The notes below the pieces were generated by a model that worked only from the letters and a program-made list of their open reading frames with translations, was not told the DNA's origin and searched no databases. Shown one piece after another: positions 12,363-27,249 of a stretch of 64,000 nt of DNA. The position numbers and the translations under genes were made by a program. Origin of the DNA: Octopus sinensis (lineage: Eukaryota); the NCBI RefSeq assembly GCF_006345805.1, contig NC_042998.1, positions 168,020,001-168,084,000 of the forward strand, read 5' to 3'. Position 1 is the stretch's first letter; each line of letters starts with the position of its first letter.

Positions 12363-12760
12363 AGGCGGCAAGCTAGCAGAATCGTTAGCACGCCGGGCGA
12401 AATGCTTAGCGGTATTTCGTCTGCTGCTACGTTCTGTGTTCAAATTCCGCCGAGGTCGACTTTGCCCTTCATCCTTTCGGGGTCGATTAAATAAGTACCA
12501 GTTACACACTGGGGTCCATATAATTGACTTTATCCGTTTGTCTGTCCTTGTTTGTCCTCTCTGTGTTTAGCCCCTTGTGGGTAGTAAAGAAATAGGTATT
12601 TCTTCTGCCTTCACGTCCTGGGTTCACATTCCGCCCAGGTCGACTTCGCCTTTCATCGTTTCCGATGTACCAGTTACGTACTGGAGTCGATCTAATCGAC
12701 TGCCCCCCTCCCCCAAAATTTCGGGCCTTTTGCCTAGAGTAGAAAAGAATATATACGCAC
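12363..12760 (+). mobile_element. Family C SINE, full head plus a head-to-tail second unit
   Basis: AGGCGGCAAGCTAGCAGAATCGTTAGCACGCCGGGCG...GTTCAAATTCCGCCGAGGTCGAC; the junction AAAGAAATAGGTATTTC leads into the second unit. Confidence 0.88.
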
Positions 12761-12779
12761 GTATACATATCTTTTAACC

Positions 12780-13146
12780 TCTATCTTTTATATGTTTCAG
12801 TCATCAGCCTGCGGCCATGCTGGGACAAAGAGTTGCATTTTTAGTCGAATGAATCGACCCCAATACTTACATTCCTAAGCCTGGTACTTATTCTGTCGGT
12901 CTGTTTTCGGGGACCGCTAGGATACGAGGACGCAAACACAACACCTCTGTTTGTCATGCGGTGTGTGTGTGGGGGGGGACAAACACAGACACAAAGACAC
13001 CACACAGAGGATATATCTAGTATATATATATATATATACCAATACATATGCATATGTATATTCATATATATGTATATATACATGTATACATATATATATG
13101 CATATATACATATATACGTGCATATATACATACATACATATATGTA

Positions 13147-13194
<48 letters not shown>

Positions 13195-13432
13195 TATATA
13201 TAATATTATATATATATATATATATGTATATATATGTTACGGGGACGTAAACACACACACCACCATCGCTTGACAACGGATGCTGGTGAATTTAGGTCCC
13301 CGTAACTAAAATTGTTCGGCAAAATAGACCGCTAGAAATAAGTACTAGGCTTACAAAGAAAGTCCTGGGATCGATTGTTTTGACTAAAGACGGTGCTCCA
13401 GCATGGTTGCAATCAAATGACTGAAACAAAAA
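12780..13432. mobile_element. Two partial family B SINEs (minus 12780-13010, plus 13235-13432) around a (TA)n tract
   Basis: Both match the family B 3' half, in opposite orientations. Confidence 0.7.
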
Positions 13433-13489
13433 AATAATTGAAGACGTATATCTATCTATCTATCTATCTAGCTATCTTTATATATGTAT

Positions 13490-13532
<43 letters not shown>

Positions 13533-13697
13533 TATATATATATATATATATATATATTAATATATATACACCAATTTCCACACGAAGCACGTGATTTCTG
13601 CCCTTGGCATGTAGCTTCAACCGTGCTTTCTGACGTAAATGCTACCCGTTTATCGGTTACCGAATTATCCATACTAGGATAATCATTCAACTACTTA

Positions 13698-13756
<59 letters not shown>

Positions 13757-14943
13757 CACACACACACACTAATATATGCATATACATATCCATATATATA
13801 TGCCCCCACACATACACGCTAGAAGACAGAGGTGTATATGTACATACCTGTATGTATGAATGTACGTATATATTGTATAGAGAAATTTATTCGGTTTTTC
13901 GGTTAATCATAAAAGTCAGCTTTCTCATTTCTATGTAAATAAATATATGAACAGATAAATGAAATACCACTCCTTGTGCTTCGCTTTCTCTCTCTCTCTC
14001 TCTCTCTGTTCCCCTCTCCTTTCTTCCTTTATGTGAGTGTGTCTTTGTATGCGTGTGTGTGTATGTGTGTCTGTACGTATGCTTACAGATTTTCCTAAGT
14101 GTACTTATATGTGTGTGCATGTATGTGTGTGTATGCGCACGATGTTGTGTGTGTATGCGCACGATGTTGTGTGCGTATGAATGAGTATGTATGTGTGTGT
14201 ATGTATGTGTATGTGTGTGTAAGTAGGCAGGTTATGTTACTGGAAATACGTGATCAATGCGCATTCCTTAAGATCATATTCCATTAAATAATTAACTTCT
14301 TCATTGTGATAGCCAAAACGCCTATCTGTCAGTATAGTGAAAGTAACTTACGAAAGTGCGCAGTTTCGAAGCCTTCGAAGAAAATTACAAGAGACATCCT
14401 AGAATTTTATGTACTAAATTAGCACATTGTGAGAATGTGGTTACAAGCTCACACAAATACCCATAAATACAGAAATAGGAAAATATGCAATATAATAATT
14501 AACGATAATGTGTGAGATTTTGTTCTGGATTTTCAGGGACAGATAGAAAATAACCGATTTTGTTCAGGTTTGAACATCTATTACAATAAAAAAAATGCTT
14601 TTCTGTCAATAGACAAATGCAAACACAAACATCACCTTTCTCACCTCATGGTTAATTAAACAAGTGTGTGTGTGAGAAAGTGTGTGTGTGTGCGTGTGTG
14701 GGTGCATGTGTGATGTGTATGATGTGTGTGTGTGTGTGTGTGTGTTTGTAAAATGATATATAAATCAATATGACATGGTAATAGTGAAACTGCATTCCTA
14801 TAGATACGGTATGTGTGTGTGTCTTAAACAAGTGCACACACGGTCTCATAATAAATATCTGTGCGCGAGTGCATGTGTGTGCATGAACCCCTATGAATAT
14901 ATATGTTCATGATTCGTTTCGTTTCTTCTTCTCCAAGTACAGT

Positions 14944-15024
<81 letters not shown>

Positions 15025-15764
15025 ATAGGTATATATATCTACATATTTATACATATTTTCATATTATATGTATACACATACATACATACATATATACATA
15101 CATACATACATATATATATATGGCATAGAAAGTGTATAAAAGTTATGACAGCCATCTATGTATCATACTTAAAGTAAATACGTGCATGTATGTGTGTGAG
15201 CTTGCGCAAGCGCACGCACGTATAATATATATATATACATATACATACATCCATGTGCATATATATATATATGTATTTGTATGTATGTATGTATGTATGT
15301 ATATGTGTGTTTCTATGTGCACACATTTAGTTATATGTACCTATATATTTATATGAACTCCAAAGTATATATACTTATTATATTTAGTTTTTATTAAAGA
15401 AAAACTAAATACTTATATGTACGCACATATGTAGAAATATATACACACGTGTGTGCGCGCGCGCAATACTATTTGTATGAAGTTAAAATAACCTTCTATA
15501 TATCATACAAAATGTAAATATATTGTCGAAAGGCAATTATTTCTTGCTTCATTTGTACTGAGGCAACGTTCTTTGTCTTTAGTAACAATATATTTATTGG
15601 CCTCTAACATGCATATATGCATAATTATGCATTAATACACACACACACGCACACTCACACATACATATATACATATATGTATGTAGATATATATATGTAT
15701 GTATGTATGTATGTGTGTATATATATATATATTATCTATATACATGTATATATACGCACATATA

Positions 15765-15894
15765 CAGGGTGTCCCAAAAAATGTATACACACCTTAAATA
15801 ATTGTAAATTTGTTATTCTTTGTAAGCCTAGTACTTATTCTATCGTTCTCTTTTGCCGAACCACTATGTGTATACATTTTTGGGGGACACCCTG
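15765..15894. mobile_element. 130-bp Tc1/mariner MITE with TA TSD and a SINE-derived interior
   Basis: TA|CAGGGTGTCCCAAAAAATGTATACAC ... GTGTATACATTTTTGGGGGACACCCTG|TA. The TIR resembles the 5405-6994 element. The interior TTATTCTTTGTAAGCCTAGTACTTATTCTATCG is family B SINE sequence. Confidence 0.9.
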
Positions 15895-17420
15895 TATATA
15901 TATGTATATGCATATAAATAATATATATGTACATATATATATATGCATATATGGGTACAGGACTGCACCAACAGTAAACAACATGAAATGCGAAAACAAA
16001 GGAGTTAAATACGCAAATTACGAGAGACAAAAACGGAAAACACGGTAAGTAATTCAAAGAACGACCCTTTCTCAATTACCGGCTGTCTATCCGTTCCCCA
16101 TATATATATACACATATATATATGTTATTTATATTATTATTTAATTGACCGCCACGCATCCATTTCCGAGTAAGTTTATCTTAATCTTTTTGATGCGATT
16201 CTACTCTATACTGTTTCCTTCCTAAATCCCTTTTTCTCGCTTTCTCCGATTTCTATCTCTCTCTCCCTCTTTCTCCCTCTTTCCCCCTCTTACTCCTTTT
16301 CTCTCTCTCTCTCTCCATCTTTCTCCCTCTTTCCCCCTCTTACTCCTTTTCTCTCTCTCTCTCTCTCTCCTCTCTTTCTCTCTTAGCTCGCACGTGACCA
16401 TCGTCCATGTTTCTTTCCCTCACGTAACCATCTTTCTTTCCTACACAGACGTTCTAAGGACTGGACATCTATCTCTCACTTCTATTTTTTCTCCTTTCAA
16501 AGAAAATATTTCTCTCGGCGTTCACTATTTTCCCCTCGTTCAGGTCAAATGAACCTCCATGTTTGTTTTTGGTTCGGTTTCCCTGTATATCTCCACTGTC
16601 CTGTGGCTAAGTAGTAAGAAGTTTGCTTAACAACCACATTATTCCTGGTTCAGTTCCACTTCGGCAATTTTCTTCTACTCTTATCTCGGGTCGACCACAA
16701 TCTTTTGAGTGAATTTGGTAGACGGAAACAGAGAGAAGTCCGTCATACATATATATATGTACGTGTGCTTTTATGTGTGTTTGTATCTGTGTATGTACAA
16801 GGACCCACAAAGGCATATATATTTACATATGTAGGTCTGAAAGCGTGTTACATACTGATTCAGGTGTTACACTCACTAACACAAGGTCATGGTTTCAATC
16901 CCAAGCCCGACGGTGCGTTGTGTTCTTGAGCAAACACACCATATCACGTTCCTCCAGTTCACTCAGCTTGTAAATGGGTAACCCTGCAACTGATTTTCGT
17001 TCCTTCCAGGCGAAACATTTTAGATTGAGTGTGGGCTAATTAATTATAAAACGAGCAAATTGAAAGGAAAATTAAAGGCTTTTGAAAAACCAAAACGGAA
17101 AAGGTGCTTCGATATTCATGAAAAAGTATCACAAAATTTTGACCAAAACCCAAATTGTACAATATGTGAGCACGTATCCGTTTATATAGATTCCTATGTG
17201 TGTGTGTGTGTGTGTGTGTGTGTTTTGTGCGCGCACACACGAATAAGCTATGTATTTATCTGCTTATTTTTATGCCTTCTAGCGTAATATATTTATAAAG
17301 AGTAAATGTTTCTTGATGTGTGTTGTGTGTCTTTCTCTCTCACACACTATCTATCTATCTATCTATCTATCTCTATCTATCTATCTATCTATCTATCTCT
17401 ATCTCTCTATGTATATATAT

Positions 17421-17485
<65 letters not shown>

Positions 17486-17872
17486 AAAGAAAGAGAGAGA
17501 GTGTGAGAGAAGCGGACAGAGAGAGACAGACAACATACAGGCACACAGACAGAAAAGGCAGACAGCCAGACATACAAAATGGCAGTCAGATAAACAGATA
17601 GATAGATAGATAGATATAAACACTTTTATGTGTACATATATGTATGTATATTTTTTACTCGAGGCCTCAGAACCGATGATCGTGAAAATTTGAACTGTAC
17701 AACTCCCAAAATGACACAGCAAGATAAGAAATGGAAATTACAATCCATAAATGGAATTATAAAGATCTGTAAAACTTCCTAGAAGTTTACCCCACTAGTT
17801 GGTACATATACATTCGGACATTAAATTTATGTATATGATATCTTGATATGTATATGTTAAGTAAGAATATAT

Positions 17873-18017
17873 AGGAGTGGCTGCGTGGTAAGAAGCTTGC
17901 TTCCCAACCACATGGTTCCGTGTTCAGTCCCAAAGCTTTGTGAATGAATTTGGTTGGCGGAAACTGAAAGAAGCCCGTCGTATATACGTGTGTGTTTGTG
18001 TGTGTATGAGTGTGTGT

Positions 18018-18055
<38 letters not shown>

Positions 18056-18896
18056 GTGTGTGTGTGTGTGTCTGTGTGTCTGTGTTTGTTCCCCGCCAGT
18101 GCTTGAAACCGGTGCTGGTGTGTTTATGTTCCAGTAAATTGGCGGTTCGACAAACCGGACCGATAGAATAAGTACCAAGCTTTAATTCATTCGACTAAAA
18201 ACTCTTCGAGACGGTGCCCCAGTGTGGCCGCTGTCTAATTTCTAAAGCAAGTAAAAGATTAACGTTAAAAGATATGGTGTCCGTGTTTGTCCCCCACCAT
18301 CGCTTGACAACTGATATTGTCTTTGCGGTGCGGCAAAAGACAGTGATAGAATATAAGTACTAAGCTTACGAAGAATAAGTCCTGGGGTCGATTTCTTCTA
18401 CTAGAACCCTTTAAGGCGGTGCTCCAGCATGGTCGCAGTCAAATACCTGAAGCAAGTAAAAGAATAAAAGAATATATATTTACTTTGTCGGCGCAGGAGT
18501 GGCTGTGTGGTAAGGAGCTTGCTAACCAACCACATGGTTCCGGGTTCAGTCCCACTGCGTGGCATCTTGGGCAAGTGTCTTCTGCTATAGCCCCGGGCCG
18601 ACCAATGCCTTGTGAGTGGATTTGGTAGACGGAAACTGAAAGAAGTCTGTCGTATATATGTATATATATATATATGTATGTATGTGTGTTTGTCCCCCTA
18701 GCATTGCTTGACAACCGATGCTGGTATTATTACGTCACTTAGCGGTTCGGCAAAAAGAGACCGATAGAATAAGTACTGGGCTTACAGAAAGAATAAGTCC
18801 CGGGGTTCGAGTTGCTCGACTAAAGGCGGTGCTCCAGCATGGCCGCAGTCAAATGACTGAAACAAGTAAAAGAGAGTAAAAGAGTAAAAGAGAGAG
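17873..18896 (+). mobile_element. Cluster of three family B SINEs (17873-18258, 18282-18478 partial, 18490-18896 full)
   Basis: Direct similarity to the family B copies; (AGTAAAAG)n tail. Confidence 0.9.
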
Positions 18897-19361
18897 TTAT
18901 CTAAATTTGAATGAAAATGTAGAATCCTCCTGGCAGTATAGGAAACTTTACTGTATTGGTAAGAAATTCGAAAAGTTCACAAATGTGAACTGGAACACTT
19001 CATGGTTGATGTAAATTGATCAAGGAACATCAAATTACGTAAAAGATATTTATAGAAAAATGTATGGTTAGTATATGTTCTGGAAAAACTTCCTGCATAG
19101 TGAAATTTCGTTCTGAAGAAAATTTTTGTTGCGTTTTTGATTTAAAATGTCTTCCGATAATAGATTAAAGTGTAAGCTTATGAGATTACATCGATATATT
19201 TGTAATCCAACTTGATGAATATTTGATCAATACATTTATGATATATAATACATTTTGTTTATTTATTCTTCTTTCTCTCTTTATCAATCTTCTCCACCAG
19301 CTCTATTTCTCTCTCTCTCTCTTGCTGTATAATTTCACTTTAGTTATGGACATTTGTGTGT

Positions 19362-19423
<62 letters not shown>

Positions 19424-19449
19424 AACACCCACATGTGTTCTGTGTGTTA

Positions 19450-21180
19450 GATAAATGGATAGGTAGATAGAGATAGATACAGAGAGAGAGAGAGAGAGGA
19501 AAGAGAGATATAAAGATAGAGAACTAGATAGAGAAAGAGAGAGAGTAGAGGAGAGAGAGAGATGGATAGATAAATAGACAGAGGAAGAGAGAAAGAGAAA
19601 AGGGGAGAGAGAGGTATAAAGATAGATGAATAGATAGTTAGAGGGAGAGAGAGAGAGAGAGAGAGAAGGGAAAGAGAGATATAAAGATAGATAAATAGAC
19701 AGAGAAAGAGAGAGAGAGTAGAGGAGAGAGAGAGATGGATAGATAAATAGACAGAGGAAGAGAGAAAGAGAAAAGGAGAGAGAGGTATAATAGATGGAAT
19801 ATATAGTTAGAGGGAGAGAGAGAGAGAGAGAGAGAGAGGGGAAAGAGAGATATAAATAGATCAATAGACAGAGAAAGAGAGAGAGTAGGGGAGAGAGAGA
19901 TGATAGATAAATAGACAGAGGAAGAGAGAAAGAAAAAGGGGAGAGAGAGAGGTATAAAGATAGATGAATAGATAGTTAGAGGAGAGAGAGAGAGAGAGAG
20001 AGGGAAAGAGAGATATAAAGATATATAAATAGACAGAGAAGGAGAGAGAGTAGGGGAGAGAGAGATGGATAATAAAGACGAGGAAGAGAGACGAGAAAAG
20101 GGGAGAGAGAGGTATAAAGATAGATGAATAGATAGTTAGAGGGAGAGAGAGAGAGAGAGAGAGAAGGGAAAGAGAGATATAAAGATAGATAAATAGACAG
20201 AGAAAGAGAGAGAGTAGGGGAGAGAGAGATGGATAGATAAATAGACAGAGGAAGAGAGAAAGAGAAAAGGGGAGAGAGAGGTATAAAGATAGATGAATAG
20301 ATAGTTAGAGGGGGAGAGAGAGAGAGAGAGGGGGGAAAGAGAGATATAAAGATAGATAAATAGACAGAGAAAGAGAGAGAGTAGGGGAGAGAGAGATGGA
20401 TAGATAAATAGACAGAGGAAGAGAGAAAGAGAAAAGGGGAGAGAGAGGTATAAAGATAGATGAATAGATAGTTAGAGGGAGAGAGAGAGAGAGAGGGGGG
20501 GGAAAGAGAGATATAAAGATAGATAAATAGACAGAGAAAGAGAAGAGTAAGGGAGAGAGAGATGGATAGAAATAGACAGAGGAAGAGAGAAAGAGAAAAG
20601 GGGAGAGAGAGGTATAAGAAGATGAATAGATAGTTAGAGGGGGAGAGAGAGAGAGAGAGAAGGAAAGAGAGAATAAGATAGATAAATAGACAGAGAAAGA
20701 GAGAGAGTAGGGGAGAGAGAGATGGATAGATAAATAGACAGAGGAAGAGAGAAAGAGAAAAGGGGAGAGAGAGGTATAAAGATAGATGAATAGATAGTTA
20801 GAGGGAGAGAGAGAGAGAGAGAGAGAGAGGGGAGAGAGATATAAAGATAGATAAATAGACAGAGAAAGAGAGAGAGATAGGGGAGAGAGAGATGGATAGA
20901 TAAATAGACAGAGGAAGAGAGAAAGAGAAAAGGGGAGAGAGAGGTATAAAGATAGATGAATAGATAGTTAGAGGGGGAGAGAGAGAGAGAGAGAAGGGAA
21001 AGAGAGATATAAAGATAGATAAATAGACAGAGAAAGAGAGAGAGTAGGGGAGAGAGAGATAGATAGATAAATAGACAGAGGAAGAGAGAAAGAGAAAAGG
21101 GGAGAGAGAGGTATAAAGATAGATAAATAGATAGTTAGAGGGACAGAGAGAGAGAGAGAAAGCGATAGACGAACCGGTAT
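19450..21180. repeat. GA-rich tandem satellite, ~165-170-bp period, ~10 units
   Basis: The landmark GATGGATAGATAAATAGACAGAGG (or a close variant) recurs at about 19561, 19734, 19899, 20064, 20228, 20395, 20561, 20721, 20891 and 21058. Confidence 0.95.
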
Positions 21181-21329
21181 ATAAAGAGAGAGAGAGAGGG
21201 TAGACAGACAGATAAATGGATAGAGAAATAGAGAGAGGGTTAGATAGAAACATAAATAGACAGACTGGTATGTGTGTATGTGTGTGTATGTGTGTGTTTG
21301 TGCGTATGTATGTGTGTGTGTGGGTGTGT

Positions 21330-21900
<571 letters not shown>

Positions 21901-22031
21901 CAAAACAAAAATCCTGGGACATATAGAGAAATGACAACACATAAATACCCACCCATATACATTCATACTATTTTACTTACACATGCTCACACACACACAC
22001 ATACACACATACACATACATACACACAAACA

Positions 22032-22066
<35 letters not shown>

Positions 22067-22373
22067 CATACCCACACGCACACAAATACACAGACATACG
22101 CGCACACATGCACATTCTGTTTACTGACAAATCAAGATAATTCGTAAATACAGTAAAAATTAATTATGAAAGTACGCACTGGGCTGCTTTCACTATTAGG
22201 CAAAAATCAGTATTTGGCCTATAAATTGGTAACGTGTACGAACATGTTCTGTTGATATCTGTGTCAACGCTCTCATAACGTGATGACGCACCAATAGCTG
22301 TGAGAGAGTGCACGCGCGAGCGTATGTGCACGTCCGCCTTTGCATGTGTGTATAGGTATGTACTTACATATAT

Positions 22374-22750
22374 ATCTACAGTTCCGGACAGCATATCCGG
22401 CTTCCAAAAATCCGGAATTACCAAAACCCCGGGTGTTTTGATTTTGTACAGATGATCCACTAACAGCTATATGCTTCTTGTATAAATTTTGTTAAAGTTT
22501 TCGTCATTTTCAAAAATAATCATATTCAAAAGACCAGTAGATACATTTATATATATTTATATTACAGTTCCAGAAATCAATGCTGGCTTCTAAAAATCCG
22601 GAATTTAAAAAAAAAAAAAACGGCTGTTTTTTTACAGAGGATCCTCTCAGCTATATGCTTATTGCTGAGAATTTTACCATAATTTTCATCTATAACCATG
22701 TTTAACAGACCTGCAGACACACCCAACACACAACACACCACCACATATAT

Positions 22751-22783
<33 letters not shown>

Positions 22784-22943
22784 ATATATATATATACACC
22801 ACACATACATTACAGTACCGGACATTTATTCGCCTTCCAGTGTGTGTGTGTGTATAGGCTGTCTCCAGAAAACCGGAACATCCTGAAATCCAGACCGCTT
22901 CCGCAGCTTGCCGGTTATTCGGTCTGGTTCTGTATCAGAAGAT
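22374..22943. mobile_element. Possible pogo/Tigger-type MITE termini, including a ~200-bp direct duplication
   Basis: TACAGTTCCGGAC (22376), TACAGTTCCAGAA (22563) and TACAGTACCGGAC (22811), with an inverted TCTGGTTCTGTA (~22933). The first two segments share AAAAATCCGGAATT and CAGCTATATGCTT. Confidence 0.45.
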
Positions 22944-23185
22944 AAAGTGATGGTTGATACGTATTTGAGGAACTGATACTAAAACTAAAAATTGACGGAA
23001 AATACAAAATACATTCCGAATAAGTGAAACAAATATGTTTAGGCTTAAAAGTCACTTATCAAATGTCATTTGAAAGAAAATATATTAATTTCATATTCCC
23101 TTTAAAATATTCTCTCAAATAGTCTCATATTGTTTTTATATAATTATAGGAATACTTTTTAATTCAATTATTACAAAAGCGCGTA

Positions 23186-23510
23186 AGGCGGCGAGCTGGC
23201 AAAAACGTTAGCACGCCGGGCAAAACGCTTAGCCGTATTTCATCCGCCGTTACGTTCTGAGTTCAAATTCCGCCGAGGTCGACTTTGCCTTTCATCCTTT
23301 CGGGGTCGATTAAATTAGTACCAGTTACGCACTGGGGTCGACATAATCGACTTAATCCGGTTGTCTGTCCTTGTTTGTCCTCCCTGTGTTTACCCCCTTG
23401 TGGGTAGTAAAGAAATAGTATTTCGTCTGCCACTACGTTATGAGTTCAAATTCCGCCGAGGTTGACTTTGCCTTTCATTCTTAAATAAGTACCAGTTACG
23501 CACTGGGGAC
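23186..23510 (+). mobile_element. Family C SINE plus a second head-less unit
   Basis: Canonical head AGGCGGCGAGCTGGC; junction AAAGAAATAGTATTTCGTCTGCC. Confidence 0.9.
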
Positions 23511-23914
23511 GTGTTTTCAAACGCTCCATGTTGGTTCAGTTTAAAATATTTGTTTACACCAGTTTGGTGCACTTCCATTATGCTGGAGCTTGAAGGGTTT
23601 TAGTCGAACAAATCGATCCCAAAGCTTATTTTTTGAAGCCTAGTTCTATCGGTGTCTTTTGCCGGACTACTAAGTTAGAGGCATGTAAACACACCAACAC
23701 CAGTTCTCAATTGGTACTGAGGGGACAAACAGAGACACAAAGGCACACACACACACGCATACACATATATATACACACGCATACACACACACACGCACAT
23801 ATATATATATAACGGGTTTCTTTCAGTTTCGGTCTGCAACATCCATAATGTATAGACAAGGCTTTAGTCAGCCGAGCATATTGAAGAAGCGTTCTTGTTG
23901 ATGGTAATATTCTC

Positions 23915-23919
<5 letters not shown>

Positions 23920-23945
<26 letters not shown>

Positions 23946-24319
23946 TTGAGCGAAGCGGTCTTCGTCCCAGAGCTCGCAGTGGGAGAAGTCCGAATCGTGG
24001 TCCTTTGCTATTCGTAAGACCCGCAGAAGGGAGAGCAGGTCAACCCCCGACACCGAGAGCATCGACGGATGGATGAATGCGCATCCAGGCTCAACGGTTG
24101 CGTAGGAAGTCGGAGACAAGAAACAGGAAGAAAGAGTGAGAGAAAGTTGAGGCGAAAGAGTGCAACAGGGGTCGCCACCCCCACCCCCACTGCCGGAGCC
24201 TCGTGGAGCTTTAGGTGTTTTCGCTCAATAAACACACACAACGCCCGGTCTGGGAATCGAAACCGCGATCCTCCGACCGCGAGTTTGCTGCCCTAACCAC
24301 TGGGCCATTGCGCCTCCAC
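23920..24319 (-). mobile_element. tRNA-derived SINE with a distinct body and (CAA/CAG)n tail
   Basis: The minus strand starts GTGGAGGCGCAATGGCCCAGTGGTTAGGGCAGC...GGTTTCGATTCCC. The body is shared with 45685-45910. Trinucleotide tail. Confidence 0.85.
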
Positions 24320-24659
24320 TGTTGTTGCTGCTGCTGTTCTAGTTGTTGTCGTTGTTCTTTTTGGTGTTGTTAGTGTTAGTTTCGTTGCTGTTGTTGTTTT
24401 TGACACCTTTGCTATTGTTGTTGTTGTTGCTGTTGCCATCGCTGATGCTGCCATTATAGCTGTCTTTCGCATTGTTGTCGTTGCCACCACTACCACTGCC
24501 ACTACTGCTGCTGCTGCTTCTGTTGCTGTCACTGCTACCACTGCTGTTGTCGATGTTTTCACTGCTGTTACTACGAGGTGGACTTCACCTCCACCACAAC
24601 GACGACGACCCTCCTGCCGCTGCTGCCACCACCACTATTAATAGCAGCACAAATAAAAA

Positions 24660-26680
24660 TATGGACACCTCAATTTACAAATACAAAGTTACCGAGTTCG
24701 CAAATACCGTGCGACAGGAGGAAGTAATTAAGTTATCGTCTCAAGAATTTTGTAAAATGCTAAAAACCACCTTACGAAGTCTGGTTAAAACGAAGAATCA
24801 AGCATTACAGAATCTATCCGAAAGTGTAAGTTATAGAACGATAATAATAAACAGCGGGAAAACAGAACAAGCGGCATAGCAGCAAATAGAAATGTGTCTC
24901 AGATCGAACTGGGGCTCCATAACATGTCATTAGGGGGAAAATACGGCACAGTAGCGGTGAGATTCCCGATAGAGGATGATACCAAGAAGTACTCTACAAC
25001 ATTACTGAAGAGTGACAAACTAGCCTCCACACCAATCTACCTCGGCCGTAGGGTAGTAAGAGTAAAATTAATCGATATGTCCCCAGAAGTACACAACTGT
25101 TGGTTGGTGGTGGCATAGAGGACAAAACTAATACTCAGCTGGTCCAGAGGCTACAAAAATAACACTGCTCGGGGTCAAGGTGTAAAGTTACTGATAAAGT
25201 CGGATCAATAAGTATGGAATCTATCGAAGACCTAATCAATCCGCTTGATGGCACAAAACTATACGTGAACATTAAAGGTTGAAAGCCAAATTGTTATTTA
25301 CATGGGGTCGTAAACTATTTTACGGCTTTCTAGTCACAACAAAGGAAGAGACCATCACCTCAAAATCAACAACACCAACAGAATAAACAGTAGTAGCACC
25401 AACTGCAGAGCGTAGCCACAACAGCAACAACGAGAGCAAACCAAAATTAAAGCTAACAGCTACGAAAGCAGAAATAACTGCACCGGAACAGACTTTCACT
25501 GAAAGCACCCTAGGGTCAAGAGCTGGGGTTAATCCGAGCTACAGACTGAATCTGCTGCTTAAAGATAGAAACGATTATGCTTGTGAACTGCCACATTTCA
25601 CTCAGAAGACTTTGATTGAGGCGAGCCTATGGCAGAACTCACCTGACTAATGTGTCACGCAGTTAGTTCGAACACAGAACCATTTTAGCCGCGACGTGAA
25701 TCCCTTAACTACACAACCATCAGCAGTGTGGTTAAGAAGCTACGCCTTCAACGATTCAAAGCAACGGCTAACATTGAAAGAATGAGCTGTGAAAGCAGAA
25801 ATAACTGCACCAGAACAGACTTCACTGAAAGCACCCTAGGGTCAAGAGCTGGGGTTAATCCGAGTTACAGACTGAATCTGCCGCTCAAATATAGAAACGA
25901 TTATGCTTGTGAACTGCCACATTTCACTCAGAAGACTTTGATTGAGGCGAGCCTATGGCAGAAATAACCTGACTAATGAATGTGTCACGCAGTTAGTTCG
26001 AACACGGAACCATTTTAGCCGCGACGTGAATCCCTTAACCATACAACCATCAGCAGTGTGGTTAAGAAGCTACGCCTTCAACGATTCAAAGCAACGACTA
26101 ACATTGAAAGAATGAGCTGCGAAAGCAGAAATAACTGCACCAGAACAGACTTCACTGAAAGCACCCTAGGGTCAAGAGCTGGGGTTAATCTGAGTTACAG
26201 ACTGAATCTGCCGCTCAAATATAGAAACGATTATGCTTGTGAACTGCCACATTTCACTCAGAAGACTTTGATTGAGGCGAGCCTATGGCAGAAATCACCT
26301 GACTAATGTGTCACGCAGTTAGTTCGAACACGGAACCATTTTAGCCGCGACGTGAATCCCTTAACCATACAACCATCAGCAGTGTGGTTAAGAAGCTACG
26401 CCTTCAACGATTCAAAGCAACGACTAACATTGAAAGAATGACTGAATTGTCGAACAAACGGCATCGAGCGTATTCCCATCGATTAAACAATTATACAGTA
26501 AGAGTAACTGCATCACTGACAATACAAACATAGATGTAGAAGTGTAGTTGGGAAAGAAGAAAGAGGATTGGATTGGATTGGAAAATCGTAAAAGAAAAGA
26601 CACAGGACAACTACCAGCCACAAGGTTTTTCGAACATAACGGGATTAATAAACGACATGGGGAAGATACATGATGCACAT
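24660..26680 (+). mobile_element. Decayed LINE ORF1-like region (L1/Tx1-like, tentative) containing a triplicated block
   Basis: Fragmented reading such as GGKYGTVAVRFPIEDDTKKYSTTLLK..PIYLGRRVVRVKL with many stops. The clade assignment is by resemblance only. Confidence 0.45.
25464..26441. repeat. Tandem triplication, units of 327, 330 and ~321 bp
   Basis: Unit start GAAAGCAGAAATAACTGCACC at 25464, 25791 and 26121; few differences between units. Confidence 0.97.
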
Positions 26681-26958
26681 GCCTATAACAAAAAGTTTAG
26701 TCTTTAAGAAAAAGCAGCGAATATACATTGATACTACTACTTCAAAGTGAAAGAACGTGCTCACAGCATTGAAAACAGATTAACATATCTGAATGGGAAA
26801 CGAATGTAAAAGGAAGAAAGAATAAAAGGCGAAAGTGTGCGTATGTATGCCTATGTATGTATTATATATCACATTAACATTTTTTTGCTAGTCAGTTTAT
26901 TTATATGTGTTCGCTTGAAAATGTAGCACGTGTCATGTGTATATATACATACATTATG

Positions 26959-26999
<41 letters not shown>

Positions 27000-27067
27000 C
27001 ATATATATATATATGCATATCTATCTATTTATCTATATATCTTTCTCTCTCTCTCTCTCTCTCGCTC

Positions 27068-27136
<69 letters not shown>

Positions 27137-27171
27137 TACGTACATATATACATATGTACATGTATATGAGT

Positions 27172-27249
<78 letters not shown>

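Noticed and set aside
24165-24195. G-rich run as a G-quadruplex
   Set aside because: It is part of a SINE body and has only three long G-tracts plus short GG runs.
25464-26441. CRISPR-like or gene-like interpretation of the regular repeats (also 19450-21180)
   Set aside because: Units are contiguous with no unique spacers, no cas genes are present, and the context is eukaryotic.
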